Source: Trichomonas gallinae (Eukaryota). Taken from it: a stretch of 64,000 nt of DNA. This document shows, piece after piece, positions 20,880-31,240 of the stretch. Location: positions 1-64,000 of the forward strand of contig MRSU01005588.1 in assembly GCA_008369845.1 (NCBI GenBank), written 5' to 3'. The position numbers and the translations under genes were made by a program. The notes beneath the pieces are model-generated. The model saw only the letters and a list, made by a program, of their open reading frames with translations, was not told the DNA's origin and ran no database searches. Numbering within the stretch: position 1 is the first letter of the stretch; every line of letters begins with the position of its first letter.

Positions 20880-23800
20880 TTAAATATCTATAAAACAAAT
20901 TTCAGATTCAATAACAAGTCTTGGTGGAAGGTTGTAGCTTGTCTCAACTAACAAGAAAAGCTTTGATGTTGCTTGCCAAGTGTTTGTAGGGTTCTGTATC
21001 AAAAATTCTGATAATTGCTGATAAAATTTCTTATTTTCGTTAAAGAAAATGAAGTAAACTGTTTTCCCTGTTAACACACAGTCATCAAGCTTCGAGGAAT
21101 AATTTTTGATGTCGGAATTTTCTTCAATGTTCACGACAACATCAGAATGAACTTTCTGGTTGTAAAACTCAGCTGCCTGAGTAATTTCGTTGAAGTGAAG
21201 AATATTGAATTTACCAGGGATAAACTCACCAGGTTTAACACCACTAAGCTGCTTGATTCCCCACCTATGATGTTGAGCGAATGTGTTGCAAATTTGCTTT
21301 TGAACAAAATTAAATTTATTTTCGTTTTCTGGACATGAATTTATTATTCTAGTGATTTTTTCGAATGGAAACAGATATAAAGAGCTGTGCTCGTAAGTAT
21401 TCTGTATGTCTGTGATGAATTCTTGGATTTTTGTGGCTGTTTCGCAAACAATTTTGTTTTCTTCAATTGATTTATCGTACAAAACTTTTGTCTCTTGATA
21501 TCTTTTCTCTGTATTCATCATAACAATTGACTGCACTTGAACATCATCAAGCACTGTCCCATCTGCTGAATGCAAGCGCTCCATTTCTGTCTCTAGGCTT
21601 TGTATCGAGCTGTAAAGACCTTCTCGCTGTCCATGAGAAATTTGCTCTGTTTTTGTCAATTTTTCTAATATATCAATAGTATTGTTGTTATTAAGAATCA
21701 CAGACTCAATCTTCTCCAAGTGGATATTTTTGCAATGTATGAAAGTGATTCCTGTCGGAATGTATTTCAGCGGTTTATCAACGAAAAAGATGACTCTGAA
21801 ATTTATATCAATGACAACTTCTCTGTTGTCAATGACACCTTTCCTCGCTGATTTAGAAGCCAGACATGTGAGGAATTGGTTATCAAGGGTCTCTTGGTTT
21901 GCATGCTTAATAACTAGAATGTTTCCATTCGATGCTGCTGTTTTGATGTCTTCAATAAATTTCTTGCTTGATGTGTCAGTGTAGGTGAATGTAAATCTTC
22001 TCTGCAGTGTTGGTGCTGCTTGTCCTGTGTCGCCACCGACAATGGAGAACTCTGTTCCATGTGGATCATAGCAGCAGATGAGTCTGTCACCTGATATTAG
22101 AGAAATAATCAAAGGATCTTCTGTTCCGAAAACACTTTTGAGAGAAATAAAGAAAGTTGGATCAGTTAATGAGTCATTGAATATTCCATCTATTCCAGCA
22201 ATAAATTTCTTCCTATTTGGTCCATGGATCAGTGGCAAACAAGCAATTTCTGTCGTTGATTTCACCAAAAATGGAATTTGATTTTTCGCGTAAACTTTTT
22301 CGCCGTTTATGAATTTGTGCAAGTCTTCTTTGATGTCTGGGAAAATACTGGCTGTTGTCTTTGCTTTCGTCAAAAAGTCTGATTTCTTTTTGAGCATTGC
22401 TTCTTCTTTTGCCAATTTTTGTTTGACTTCATCTCTTCCTTTTTTGTGCATCTCCAAGTCTTCTTTGGCTTCTTCTATTCTCTTTAAGATCTTTTCGTAT
22501 TCTTCTGTTCTTCTTTCGATAGTTTTCGTGTGTTCATCCATTTGTATTTGCAAAGTTGCTTCGAATTTTGTTGATTTCGTGTGCGTTAAAACAGCTTGAA
22601 GCCAGTGAAGTAATGAAAGACAGCAAGAATCCTTTTGGAACTTTTCTTCAACTAGAAGTGGATTCTTCATTCTAACGTCAAGTTGTAGAGCTACATCTTT
22701 TCTTACTGTGTTTGGATCGAAAACGAGCAAAACTTTGTTGAATCTTCCGACTCTCAAATAACCTCTTGCTTCGCTCCAATAATCTCCGTCACTTCTAGGT
22801 GTCAATTCATGCAAAGCGCAAAATGTGTTAAATAAGTGTCTGACTGGTTCAGGAGGATTCTGCTGGATGTAAAGTTTGTACTGCTCGTCTTGTGTGAAAG
22901 CTTTTGCAACGATTTTTGTGACTGCTTGGTAATTTGCAAATGTTACTTGCGAATCATTCTTCTTGTATTCATCATATAACTTTTCTCGATCTTTGAGCTC
23001 TTCAAGTTCTTTCTCGCAGCGAACTTTTTCCTTCTCTAGGCTTGTTAGAAATTGAGTTCTAAACTCAATCGCTTCTATGTGATTTTGCAGAAAAGTTTTG
23101 TCAATTTCTATTTGAGATGTTATTGACAATACAAGAGCTTCATTGTCTTTTATTGCTGTTTCAATAGAACTAATTATTGATAGAACTTTTGTCGTGAATT
23201 TCTTCCTTTGGACAATGAATTCTTGGACTTTTTTAGTCAGGAAATTATATTTTTGAATTATTCTATTGAATTGTGTGTGAATTGGGACGAAATATTTTAT
23301 CTTTCCAGTTTTCATGAAGTTAAATATCAATTTAAGTAGTGAAACATCAACATCAGGCATAATATTCGATCTATCCCATAAATTAAAAGAATAAATGCGT
23401 TTTTGATCAATTTGGTTTCTTTCTGAAATAAAAGTAACGAAATGAAGTTTTCTGAACATGTGCATAGCTACATATCTGAAGGCGCTACCTCTCACCGTGT
23501 AGTTTTGCTTCGATGGAGTGTTTTTTAGCAAAAATGTTGATGATCTGTTGCTGAAAGACAGCTGAAGTCTTGTGCTCGTTCTTTGGTCATTGATTTTGAA
23601 TTTCATCTTTGATTGTGCTGCTTTTATTCCTGGACCTTGCTGTTTGTTATCAGTTTCATTGTCGGCATCAAATTTAGCAGCCTCTTGGGAAATCAGTCCT
23701 GCAAATGGGAACTTGCAGACAGTAAAAAGTGTTGATGTCACTGCTTCGTTTAATGACTTCATTGACATTGCTTTTATTATATGTTCTAACATTGAATTTT

Positions 23801-26800
23801 TCAGTTTATCGTAGATCATTTCTAGAAGATTTTCAACTGGATTCCTCATGAATAAAACGTAAATTTCGCTAGCGGTTATTGCATTTAATACCAGCTGCCA
23901 TAAGTTGTCACTAGAATTGAATCTTAACAGTTTCGCGTTCATTATTTGGCAGCCTAATTCAACGATGTATTCGTAGTCACATTTCATGTCATCGACAACC
24001 AGAGGATGCGAATATGGTGTTGTTAAGCAGTGTATTACGTAAGAAAGGAACAAATTACCGTCATCTGACAAAGCAATTTCGTCGAAATTTTCGTGAAGTT
24101 TCGCTTGAACGAATTGCGTGAATTTTGGATCTTCTTGATTTGTAATGAAATAATCAGTGTCGTTTGATGTCGTCATCATGAATTTGGGATTCAGGAAGTC
24201 ATCTTTGTGATATTCAGGAATAAGTCTGTTAAGGTTGTATTGAAGGTAAGTCACATAACCTTCACTTGTCGGATCTTTGAAGTTTATAACTTTTCTTGCA
24301 AGTAAACAAAGAAGATGAAGATTTCCGTTTTTAGGAATCAGCTCGAAACATTCTTCTAAAACGGAATCGAAGTTTTGTATTGCTTTAGATATCATCTTGT
24401 TGGCCTGCGGATCATGGCGAATGAGAATTGATCTAGCGATAATTTCGTGCGAAATCATTTTCATGTCGATTAATTGATACTTAGGAATTTTGAACATGAA
24501 AACTGCGTCTTCAATCTGATGCTCACATGAATCTCCTGTCAGTAAAAAGATGAAGTTATGGAGCTTAACAACATTGTTGTTGATGATAATAGACTTGCAC
24601 TTGATCATGGACAAAATGAATCCGTAAAGATTAGTGTCTTTGTTAGGAATCGGATCGAAAACAATCAAAGTTGGAATCTTCAATGTTGGCTCGATTATGT
24701 CTTCAACGGAAATTGTCGAAATTGAGCTGATCATATCTATAAACCACTCGAGAGTTATTGCATTGCCGTTGACTCTCACGCTTGAGAAATTAGGCTCGAT
24801 GAAAGCTGTGTCGCAGATGTAATTGATAATTGTTGTTTTTCCAGAACCTGTTGGACCCTGAAGAAAACAATCCACTTTGTTTTGCAGCATGATTGTTAGA
24901 TTCTTCACAGCATGGAGGAACTGCATGCATGGAATATTAGTGAATTCAATTGGTCCGCAGTAAGTTGCTGCGTATTTGTCCAAAAGAGTTTCATCGACAA
25001 TTGCGAGATCATGAGATTTCTTTATCTCGTAAATTTCTAATGGCTTAAATGTTGTCTTGTATGAATAATCGATTATATCTTTCTTGAAAACATGTTCTAT
25101 CTGCAAAGAAGTCTTGATTTGTTTGGAATATTGTCTGTATTCATCTTCAGTCTCTAAATATTTCGATTTGGACCAAAAGATAGATAATCCTAAAATGATG
25201 TAAAGAGAATTTGTTGTTTCCGGCCTATAGGTGTTGCAGAAACAAGCAAAAATCTTGAAGAAAGATTGCAATTGAAGCGGAGTCGAAATCAATTCATTCG
25301 CAATGTTTCTCACTGTTTCCTGCATCTGCTCATCGAACTGCACATTGTCATTGATCAGCCAGTAATTCAGCAGATCAGAGAATGTAACTAAAGGTTGAGT
25401 GAATGAAATAATTGGGATGGAAATTTGCGATGCATTAACAACTGGTTCCATGAGTTCAAATATGATAATTGTGTTTGATCCAATTGACATCAAAGAGTTG
25501 AGGCCTTCGCAAACCATGCTGTTCTCAATAACAGATGTGGAATGATATAAGAAAGGATTTGCGAAAGGAACAAGTAGATGGAAAACGCATTTTTTATCCC
25601 TTGTTTGAACTAACATCGCAGTTAAAACATTTACCCAGTTTTCGCACGTGAATGCTATGTAAAAATATTCTAAGCCTAATGATAGTGTTGCTGCTTCGAT
25701 AACTGTTGATGTTCCTGAAAAAGGAGGACCACTCATTAAGAAAACTCTTTGCTTCGTGTTGATTAATTCGGTGATTTTGTCGAAGTTGTATTTGAAAGCT
25801 TTAGTTTGCAACATGTTCTTTCCAACGTTCAATGTCTTCTTTGGTGTCTTCATCATCATTTCTTCTATTGTTATGTTTGACTCTTTGATCAGTTGCTCAG
25901 GAACAACCTGTTTGAAATTCGAGAGAAAATTGAAAATTAGTTTTCCTCCGGAATTCTCGAACGAATAATCGAAGTATTGCTGTATCAAATAAGGATGTAT
26001 GTATTGTGTGAGCTTGGAAACAGCAAAATTAACATCAGAATATTGTGCTGGGAATAATGTATTTCCTATATTTTCTAGATGTTTGTTAAAATCATCTTTG
26101 TCGATGAATATAATTGAACACATTGTTTTTACGAGATCAGAAACGAATAATGTTGTCGCTGTGCAGAAGAACGGCTTGCTTGTCTTGCATTTCGAGAAGT
26201 CAAAGAGCTGTATTTGCTTCATTATCTGTATTTCATCGATGCAAACGAAAACATTGATTGTTGAAAGACTGTTAATTAATTGAGGAATTCTAAAAATTGA
26301 CATTGTTTTTGTTGAATGCAAGAGTAACAAAGATCTTCCTGAAACATAGCAGAAAAGCTTAACACTCAGAACAGAAACGGCACTCAGAGCAGAATGTATT
26401 AATATTGGATTTCCAATGTTAATTTTTTCAATAATGTTGCAGAAAGTTTCATGCAAGATTGGCGAAAACATTGCAGTGTTGACACTCGAAACTTGGAAGC
26501 AATAATCAATAGAAACACTTCCTGAAATGATTGTAATTGTTTGTTTTGCTTTGTCAACGTTTAAATGCATTGGTTTTTGAACATTTTTGAGTGTTTGTTT
26601 GTAAGATATCAAAATTTTTCTTTGCAGAGCAGATATTTGTAGATTATCAATGTCTAAATCTGGATTGTTGATAATAGCAAGAATCTTAAGCTGAAGAGGA
26701 AGAATTGACAAAGAAATTTCATTATTCAAGAACTTGAAAAACAAATTTTTCATCGTTGAAATTATCATTGATTCGATTTTTGGTACTTGTGAAATCAAAG

Positions 26801-29800
26801 GAACTAAAAGATTAATTTCTTGATCAAATGTTAATGTGTCACCACTTTCAAGAACCAGACCATTTAGATTTCCGTTATTTACTACCCATTCTTCAATACC
26901 TTGAAACATTATCGACAAAACCATTAATTTAACGTCAATATTATCACTGAATGTTTCGACGATTTTGACGTCAGGAATCAAAGCCATTCTCGGCGAAATG
27001 TTCCTAAATGAAATTATTACGTCAATGAATTCAGATCTCAGTCCAACAGCTGATGATTCTGTTTCTTTGAGAGCAGTGACATAAACGCTGTTGTCGCAGA
27101 ATTTAATCAAAAGAGGATCTTGTTGTATTTCAAGAATGAATGTTATCCAATCATTTTTCAGCTGATTCAAACTCTGTAATTGTCCACTCATTGCACTTCT
27201 GATTTGTTTATCTATCTCATATGATGAAAATGGATTCAAAAGTTTGATGTGCTCTTGAAGTGAAATGAATTTATCTAAGCATCTCATCATTCTCACGATT
27301 TTTGCGTGCATTTTAACAGCGAGATCATTTTTAGTATCTTTGAGTTGAATACCATAAATAATATTCTTGAGGATTCCTTGGTTATACTTCAAATCGCTCA
27401 TCATCTGCTCAGCATTTGAAATATAATTGTTTTCGTCAATTTTAATTTTCATTCCATTTATTGTATCGCGAACATTTATCAACTCAAGGTCAGCTTTGTC
27501 TTCTCCTTTAGAAATGTTGTATAATTCTGTGATTCTCGGTATTTTCTCGATGATATTCATTTCGTTGAAATCTGTTAAAGTCATGTTTTCGAAATCTTTT
27601 CTTCCTATAATATCTTCGAGTGTTTTTCTGTGATGCGCTTTGATTTTGTCTGATAGAATTTGCGCAACCATTTTGAAAATAGGAAGCAAACGTTCGAGAT
27701 CGTTTTTCACGAAAATGAGAGATTTCATTGAGTTATGATCTTTCGCAAATTCTTTTGTTAATTTTCTCAATGTCAAAAGCCAGCCGTTTATATCATCTTT
27801 GATTTGATTAATGTTGAGCTGCTTGATTGGAATAACGGACCATTTCTTAAGCATCTCTTGATAAAATGTTATAACTTTCCATAATTTAACACGTGGCTCT
27901 TCTTCAATCATGTTTTCATTTGATTCTTTCAGTTGTTTGTCAATTTCTTGAATTCGAATTATTTTCTGTTCTAAGTGCTTCAAATATTCTGTTTTTTGTT
28001 CTTTGACAACGAAATTCTTTTCATTTGCAAGGTCTTCCTGTGTTTTAACTTGCTCTACTTTTAATTGCTCAATCATATTCGGCATGTTTTCAATGTATTC
28101 TCTTCCGACAGTTGTCGCGATTGTTATTGCTTGGCCCAACTCTATGTCAATGAGAAGAGGCCAAAACTTGATGTTCAATATATTGGTGACTGTGTTAGAA
28201 TCAAGTCCATAATACAAGTTAAACAGTAGATCATATAATTTCATGATGTTTTCGGCATCAATTCCGAGTTGTTTTCTTGTCTCTGGAAGATCATCAAGAA
28301 CTGCTTTTCTCGCGGCCCATTGCTCAGGTGTTGTTATTTCCTTCTTGAACAGCTTTAAAACAGACTCATATTTTCCATTTAGCTGAGCAATTTTCGTCTG
28401 CAGGTCTTGTGAAACTAAATCCAAAACTAAAACTTTCTTATTCTCGACACATTCGAAAATTGTGTTTTTGAAATCGTTGAAATTCAACTCAAATAAGCCG
28501 AGATTGATGAAAGATGGGAAGTAATGAAGAAAGAAGTCTTTCTGAGGAATGAGTCTAGTAATAAATTTAAATGTGTCATCGATTTTTGGTATATAATCAG
28601 TCTCAAAGAAATCAAAAATGTCACTCGTTTCTTTCTGCATAATTGGAAATGCTTCATTGACATGATTAACATGATCAACAATCAATTCATCGATTAATTC
28701 TCTATAAGGAGCTAAATACTCTTGGATGAAATCTTGTTTGACAGCAAAAACAGGAGGAATCAAATGCTCTATATGATTTCTTTTCATATAAATTTGGAAG
28801 GCAGATTCTTTGATGATATGCATCTCAGCAGAAGAAGATCTCTCGAATATAACAGCAGCAGGATTGATTAGTTTCGATATAACATCTGGAATTATGTTAT
28901 ATAATTCCTTCAAAACATTTTCCATTTCAGAAACTTCGTTACCTAAATCGATCAAAAATATCGGCTTAAGATTTGTTATGTTATTATCAGAAATTGAAGG
29001 CGACAAGGTAGTAAAACCATCAAGTGTTACATGCTCTGTTTCAAGAGTTTTCCAGTTATGAGTGAATAATTTTTCAAAGTAATTCTTATTATAATCGATG
29101 AGATCCAAAATCATTTCGCGAACCATTAATTGAACTCGTCTCAAAAATCTGTGAAAAACTGAAGATTCTGGAGTCGTGAATTGAAAATATGGATGCAAAG
29201 ATGCTGTTGCAGTGATATTTGCATCACCTAGTGTGTCAATAACAGCAGCTAAACTGACAATAATCATCTTTGCGATGTTGTCAGAAAAACCTTCCATAAA
29301 TTTAATCAGCCATCTCTTAAATTCAGCGATAAGCGGCAACCATTCATTAATCAACAATTTTTTGTTCGATACAAACTCATTTAGCTTATGTATAATTGTT
29401 TCTTTATCATTAAGAATCATTAACTGCGTTTGTTGCAAAGCTTTAAGATAAATATTCACTGAATAAGACAAAGGCAATTTTTGAATTACATTTAAATTAT
29501 GCGCAAATTTTGTATGAATAAGTAATGGATACTTTAACTGCTTTGGAGTGTATCTTGATATATCAGCTCCTACACTATTAAGGATATCAACAGCATCATC
29601 AATATCATCAGTTTGGACTTCGCCTCTCACTGCAAACATTTTCTGGACTCTTTCAGCTACAATTAAAGCATCTTTTGGCATCTTAGCACGAAATTCTGGC
29701 CTTATAAACGATAAATAATTATCATCATCTAAGTTATCAAGAAACTCATCCGTTCTTATAGAATTCTCAAAATCATTTCTAAGCCTTTCAGCGAGTTTTA

Positions 29801-30548
29801 ATCTTTCAGCAAAATTTTTTTCATTATCGTCATTAAATTTTATGTTAAATCTCGAGACTTCTTTAACCAAAGCCCTTGCAGGATTGAATATACTCTTCAT
29901 ACCAGGTATAGATATCATAAATGTATGAGATTCTGGTTTGTATTTAATAATCTTGCATTTGTGCCAAATTTCTTTTCCTGCTTCAATAATTTTTGTTTTC
30001 GCCATAATATTTTTCTCTCCATTCATTACTCTCTGTTCGTCATTAGAAATTCCATTGAAGCAATCAAAGTAGTCAAGAGGAAGCTTATCTTGAATCTCAC
30101 TCTTGACTTTAATTTTTGGAGGAAAAACTAATTTATGAGATTTTATTGTTTCAACTTGCAACATTTTTTCTATTTGATCCATATCTACACTGTCTACTGG
30201 CTGATCCCATGTCACAACGGGTCCTACTTCTTTTGGGCGTGCATAAAGTGGACCTGTTTGCGAAGCTCTCATTGTTTGATTGAATAATCTTGGATTCGAT
30301 GGATTATATTTTTCTATTTCTGGCGGCATGACTTCGTTATCTTTCATTACCTTGCCTAGAGTTGTCTTGAATTTGCGTGCTTTCTTTCTTGATGTCTTAA
30401 CAGGCGGTTTTGGTTTTGGTTTAGAAAAATCATTTTCTGGTAGCTGCGAATTCCTCGATTTCTCCGATATCGTTCTAGCTGTCTTATGCTGAACTTCTTC
30501 CTGAAGTTTCTTGAAAGCCTTTTCGAACCGATTCTGGCTCGAACGCAT
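20880..30548 (-). CDS. Degenerate dynein heavy chain-like protein (3222 aa)
   Basis: Axonemal inner-arm-like N-terminus (LPLDYFD..W..C..VSRFNIKF..FAERL..A..R..E), linker remnant ISPRMALIPD, degenerate P-loop GPPFSGTS (25707-25730), intact GPTGSGKT (24834-24857), coiled-coil stalk with MTBD-like NPPEPVR..GDYWSEAR..LLHWLQAV, AAA5-like YDPHG. Confidence 0.82.
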   Translation of the reverse strand: MRSSQNRFEKAFKKLQEEVQHKTARTISEKSRNSQLPENDFSKPKPKPPVKTSRKKARKFKTTLGKVMKDNEVMPPEIEKYNPSNPRLFNQTMRASQTGPLYARPKEVGPVVTWDQPVDSVDMDQIEKMLQVETIKSHKLVFPPKIKVKSEIQDKLPLDYFDCFNGISNDEQRVMNGEKNIMAKTKIIEAGKEIWHKCKIIKYKPESHTFMISIPGMKSIFNPARALVKEVSRFNIKFNDDNEKNFAERLKLAERLRNDFENSIRTDEFLDNLDDDNYLSFIRPEFRAKMPKDALIVAERVQKMFAVRGEVQTDDIDDAVDILNSVGADISRYTPKQLKYPLLIHTKFAHNLNVIQKLPLSYSVNIYLKALQQTQLMILNDKETIIHKLNEFVSNKKLLINEWLPLIAEFKRWLIKFMEGFSDNIAKMIIVSLAAVIDTLGDANITATASLHPYFQFTTPESSVFHRFLRRVQLMVREMILDLIDYNKNYFEKLFTHNWKTLETEHVTLDGFTTLSPSISDNNITNLKPIFLIDLGNEVSEMENVLKELYNIIPDVISKLINPAAVIFERSSSAEMHIIKESAFQIYMKRNHIEHLIPPVFAVKQDFIQEYLAPYRELIDELIVDHVNHVNEAFPIMQKETSDIFDFFETDYIPKIDDTFKFITRLIPQKDFFLHYFPSFINLGLFELNFNDFKNTIFECVENKKVLVLDLVSQDLQTKIAQLNGKYESVLKLFKKEITTPEQWAARKAVLDDLPETRKQLGIDAENIMKLYDLLFNLYYGLDSNTVTNILNIKFWPLLIDIELGQAITIATTVGREYIENMPNMIEQLKVEQVKTQEDLANEKNFVVKEQKTEYLKHLEQKIIRIQEIDKQLKESNENMIEEEPRVKLWKVITFYQEMLKKWSVIPIKQLNINQIKDDINGWLLTLRKLTKEFAKDHNSMKSLIFVKNDLERLLPIFKMVAQILSDKIKAHHRKTLEDIIGRKDFENMTLTDFNEMNIIEKIPRITELYNISKGEDKADLELINVRDTINGMKIKIDENNYISNAEQMMSDLKYNQGILKNIIYGIQLKDTKNDLAVKMHAKIVRMMRCLDKFISLQEHIKLLNPFSSYEIDKQIRSAMSGQLQSLNQLKNDWITFILEIQQDPLLIKFCDNSVYVTALKETESSAVGLRSEFIDVIISFRNISPRMALIPDVKIVETFSDNIDVKLMVLSIMFQGIEEWVVNNGNLNGLVLESGDTLTFDQEINLLVPLISQVPKIESMIISTMKNLFFKFLNNEISLSILPLQLKILAIINNPDLDIDNLQISALQRKILISYKQTLKNVQKPMHLNVDKAKQTITIISGSVSIDYCFQVSSVNTAMFSPILHETFCNIIEKINIGNPILIHSALSAVSVLSVKLFCYVSGRSLLLLHSTKTMSIFRIPQLINSLSTINVFVCIDEIQIMKQIQLFDFSKCKTSKPFFCTATTLFVSDLVKTMCSIIFIDKDDFNKHLENIGNTLFPAQYSDVNFAVSKLTQYIHPYLIQQYFDYSFENSGGKLIFNFLSNFKQVVPEQLIKESNITIEEMMMKTPKKTLNVGKNMLQTKAFKYNFDKITELINTKQRVFLMSGPPFSGTSTVIEAATLSLGLEYFYIAFTCENWVNVLTAMLVQTRDKKCVFHLLVPFANPFLYHSTSVIENSMVCEGLNSLMSIGSNTIIIFELMEPVVNASQISIPIISFTQPLVTFSDLLNYWLINDNVQFDEQMQETVRNIANELISTPLQLQSFFKIFACFCNTYRPETTNSLYIILGLSIFWSKSKYLETEDEYRQYSKQIKTSLQIEHVFKKDIIDYSYKTTFKPLEIYEIKKSHDLAIVDETLLDKYAATYCGPIEFTNIPCMQFLHAVKNLTIMLQNKVDCFLQGPTGSGKTTIINYICDTAFIEPNFSSVRVNGNAITLEWFIDMISSISTISVEDIIEPTLKIPTLIVFDPIPNKDTNLYGFILSMIKCKSIIINNNVVKLHNFIFLLTGDSCEHQIEDAVFMFKIPKYQLIDMKMISHEIIARSILIRHDPQANKMISKAIQNFDSVLEECFELIPKNGNLHLLCLLARKVINFKDPTSEGYVTYLQYNLNRLIPEYHKDDFLNPKFMMTTSNDTDYFITNQEDPKFTQFVQAKLHENFDEIALSDDGNLFLSYVIHCLTTPYSHPLVVDDMKCDYEYIVELGCQIMNAKLLRFNSSDNLWQLVLNAITASEIYVLFMRNPVENLLEMIYDKLKNSMLEHIIKAMSMKSLNEAVTSTLFTVCKFPFAGLISQEAAKFDADNETDNKQQGPGIKAAQSKMKFKINDQRTSTRLQLSFSNRSSTFLLKNTPSKQNYTVRGSAFRYVAMHMFRKLHFVTFISERNQIDQKRIYSFNLWDRSNIMPDVDVSLLKLIFNFMKTGKIKYFVPIHTQFNRIIQKYNFLTKKVQEFIVQRKKFTTKVLSIISSIETAIKDNEALVLSITSQIEIDKTFLQNHIEAIEFRTQFLTSLEKEKVRCEKELEELKDREKLYDEYKKNDSQVTFANYQAVTKIVAKAFTQDEQYKLYIQQNPPEPVRHLFNTFCALHELTPRSDGDYWSEARGYLRVGRFNKVLLVFDPNTVRKDVALQLDVRMKNPLLVEEKFQKDSCCLSLLHWLQAVLTHTKSTKFEATLQIQMDEHTKTIERRTEEYEKILKRIEEAKEDLEMHKKGRDEVKQKLAKEEAMLKKKSDFLTKAKTTASIFPDIKEDLHKFINGEKVYAKNQIPFLVKSTTEIACLPLIHGPNRKKFIAGIDGIFNDSLTDPTFFISLKSVFGTEDPLIISLISGDRLICCYDPHGTEFSIVGGDTGQAAPTLQRRFTFTYTDTSSKKFIEDIKTAASNGNILVIKHANQETLDNQFLTCLASKSARKGVIDNREVVIDINFRVIFFVDKPLKYIPTGITFIHCKNIHLEKIESVILNNNNTIDILEKLTKTEQISHGQREGLYSSIQSLETEMERLHSADGTVLDDVQVQSIVMMNTEKRYQETKVLYDKSIEENKIVCETATKIQEFITDIQNTYEHSSLYLFPFEKITRIINSCPENENKFNFVQKQICNTFAQHHRWGIKQLSGVKPGEFIPGKFNILHFNEITQAAEFYNQKVHSDVVVNIEENSDIKNYSSKLDDCVLTGKTVYFIFFNENKKFYQQLSEFLIQNPTNTWQATSKLFLLVETSYNLPPRLVIESEICFIDI

Positions 30549-31240
30549 AAAAAACGGAGAATTCTAAGATTGTGGCCGTTTATAATTTTAAAATTTACGA
30601 TGAAAACTTGAAAACATCAACTACTGACATGTTTTCTGTGTGTATAACTTGTTTTTGCATTGATATGAAGTGGAATTTTAGGATTTTGATTTCTTTACAT
30701 TCAAAGATTTTCCAAAAGTTTTTATTCCGGAACTTTTCTATGTATTACCATGAGCTACACAAGCATTTACAGACATTTCACTTCAAAATCCTCCAAATAA
30801 TTTGAATTTTTCCTCAAAATAAATTAAAAATTTCATTGGGTCTTCAGATAAACAATCACAGACACTAAATATCAGGTAATTAACTTATCTTCTGTTAAAA
30901 ATCTCTACAATTATATGCACATCCAAATAATGTTGAAGATTCATTTTCGAATTAATATATAGTCACATCTTGATTTATGCATATGTCTTTCATAAGATAG
31001 TGATCGCTATATTAGAAATGTTCATTCTATTTAATGTCTATTTTTGTTTCATTGGACATTTTATGCGCTAAACTTTAATTATGTTGCATATATTATATGA
31101 GAAAAGTGAAACTATATACATGAAGAGAATATATTGAAAATAAAGGGACATTTTTTTTCGTAAATTTATATTTTTGATGAAAATATTTTTCATGGTTATC
31201 GAAATAAATAATAATAATTTTTAGTAAAACAAGATAATTT

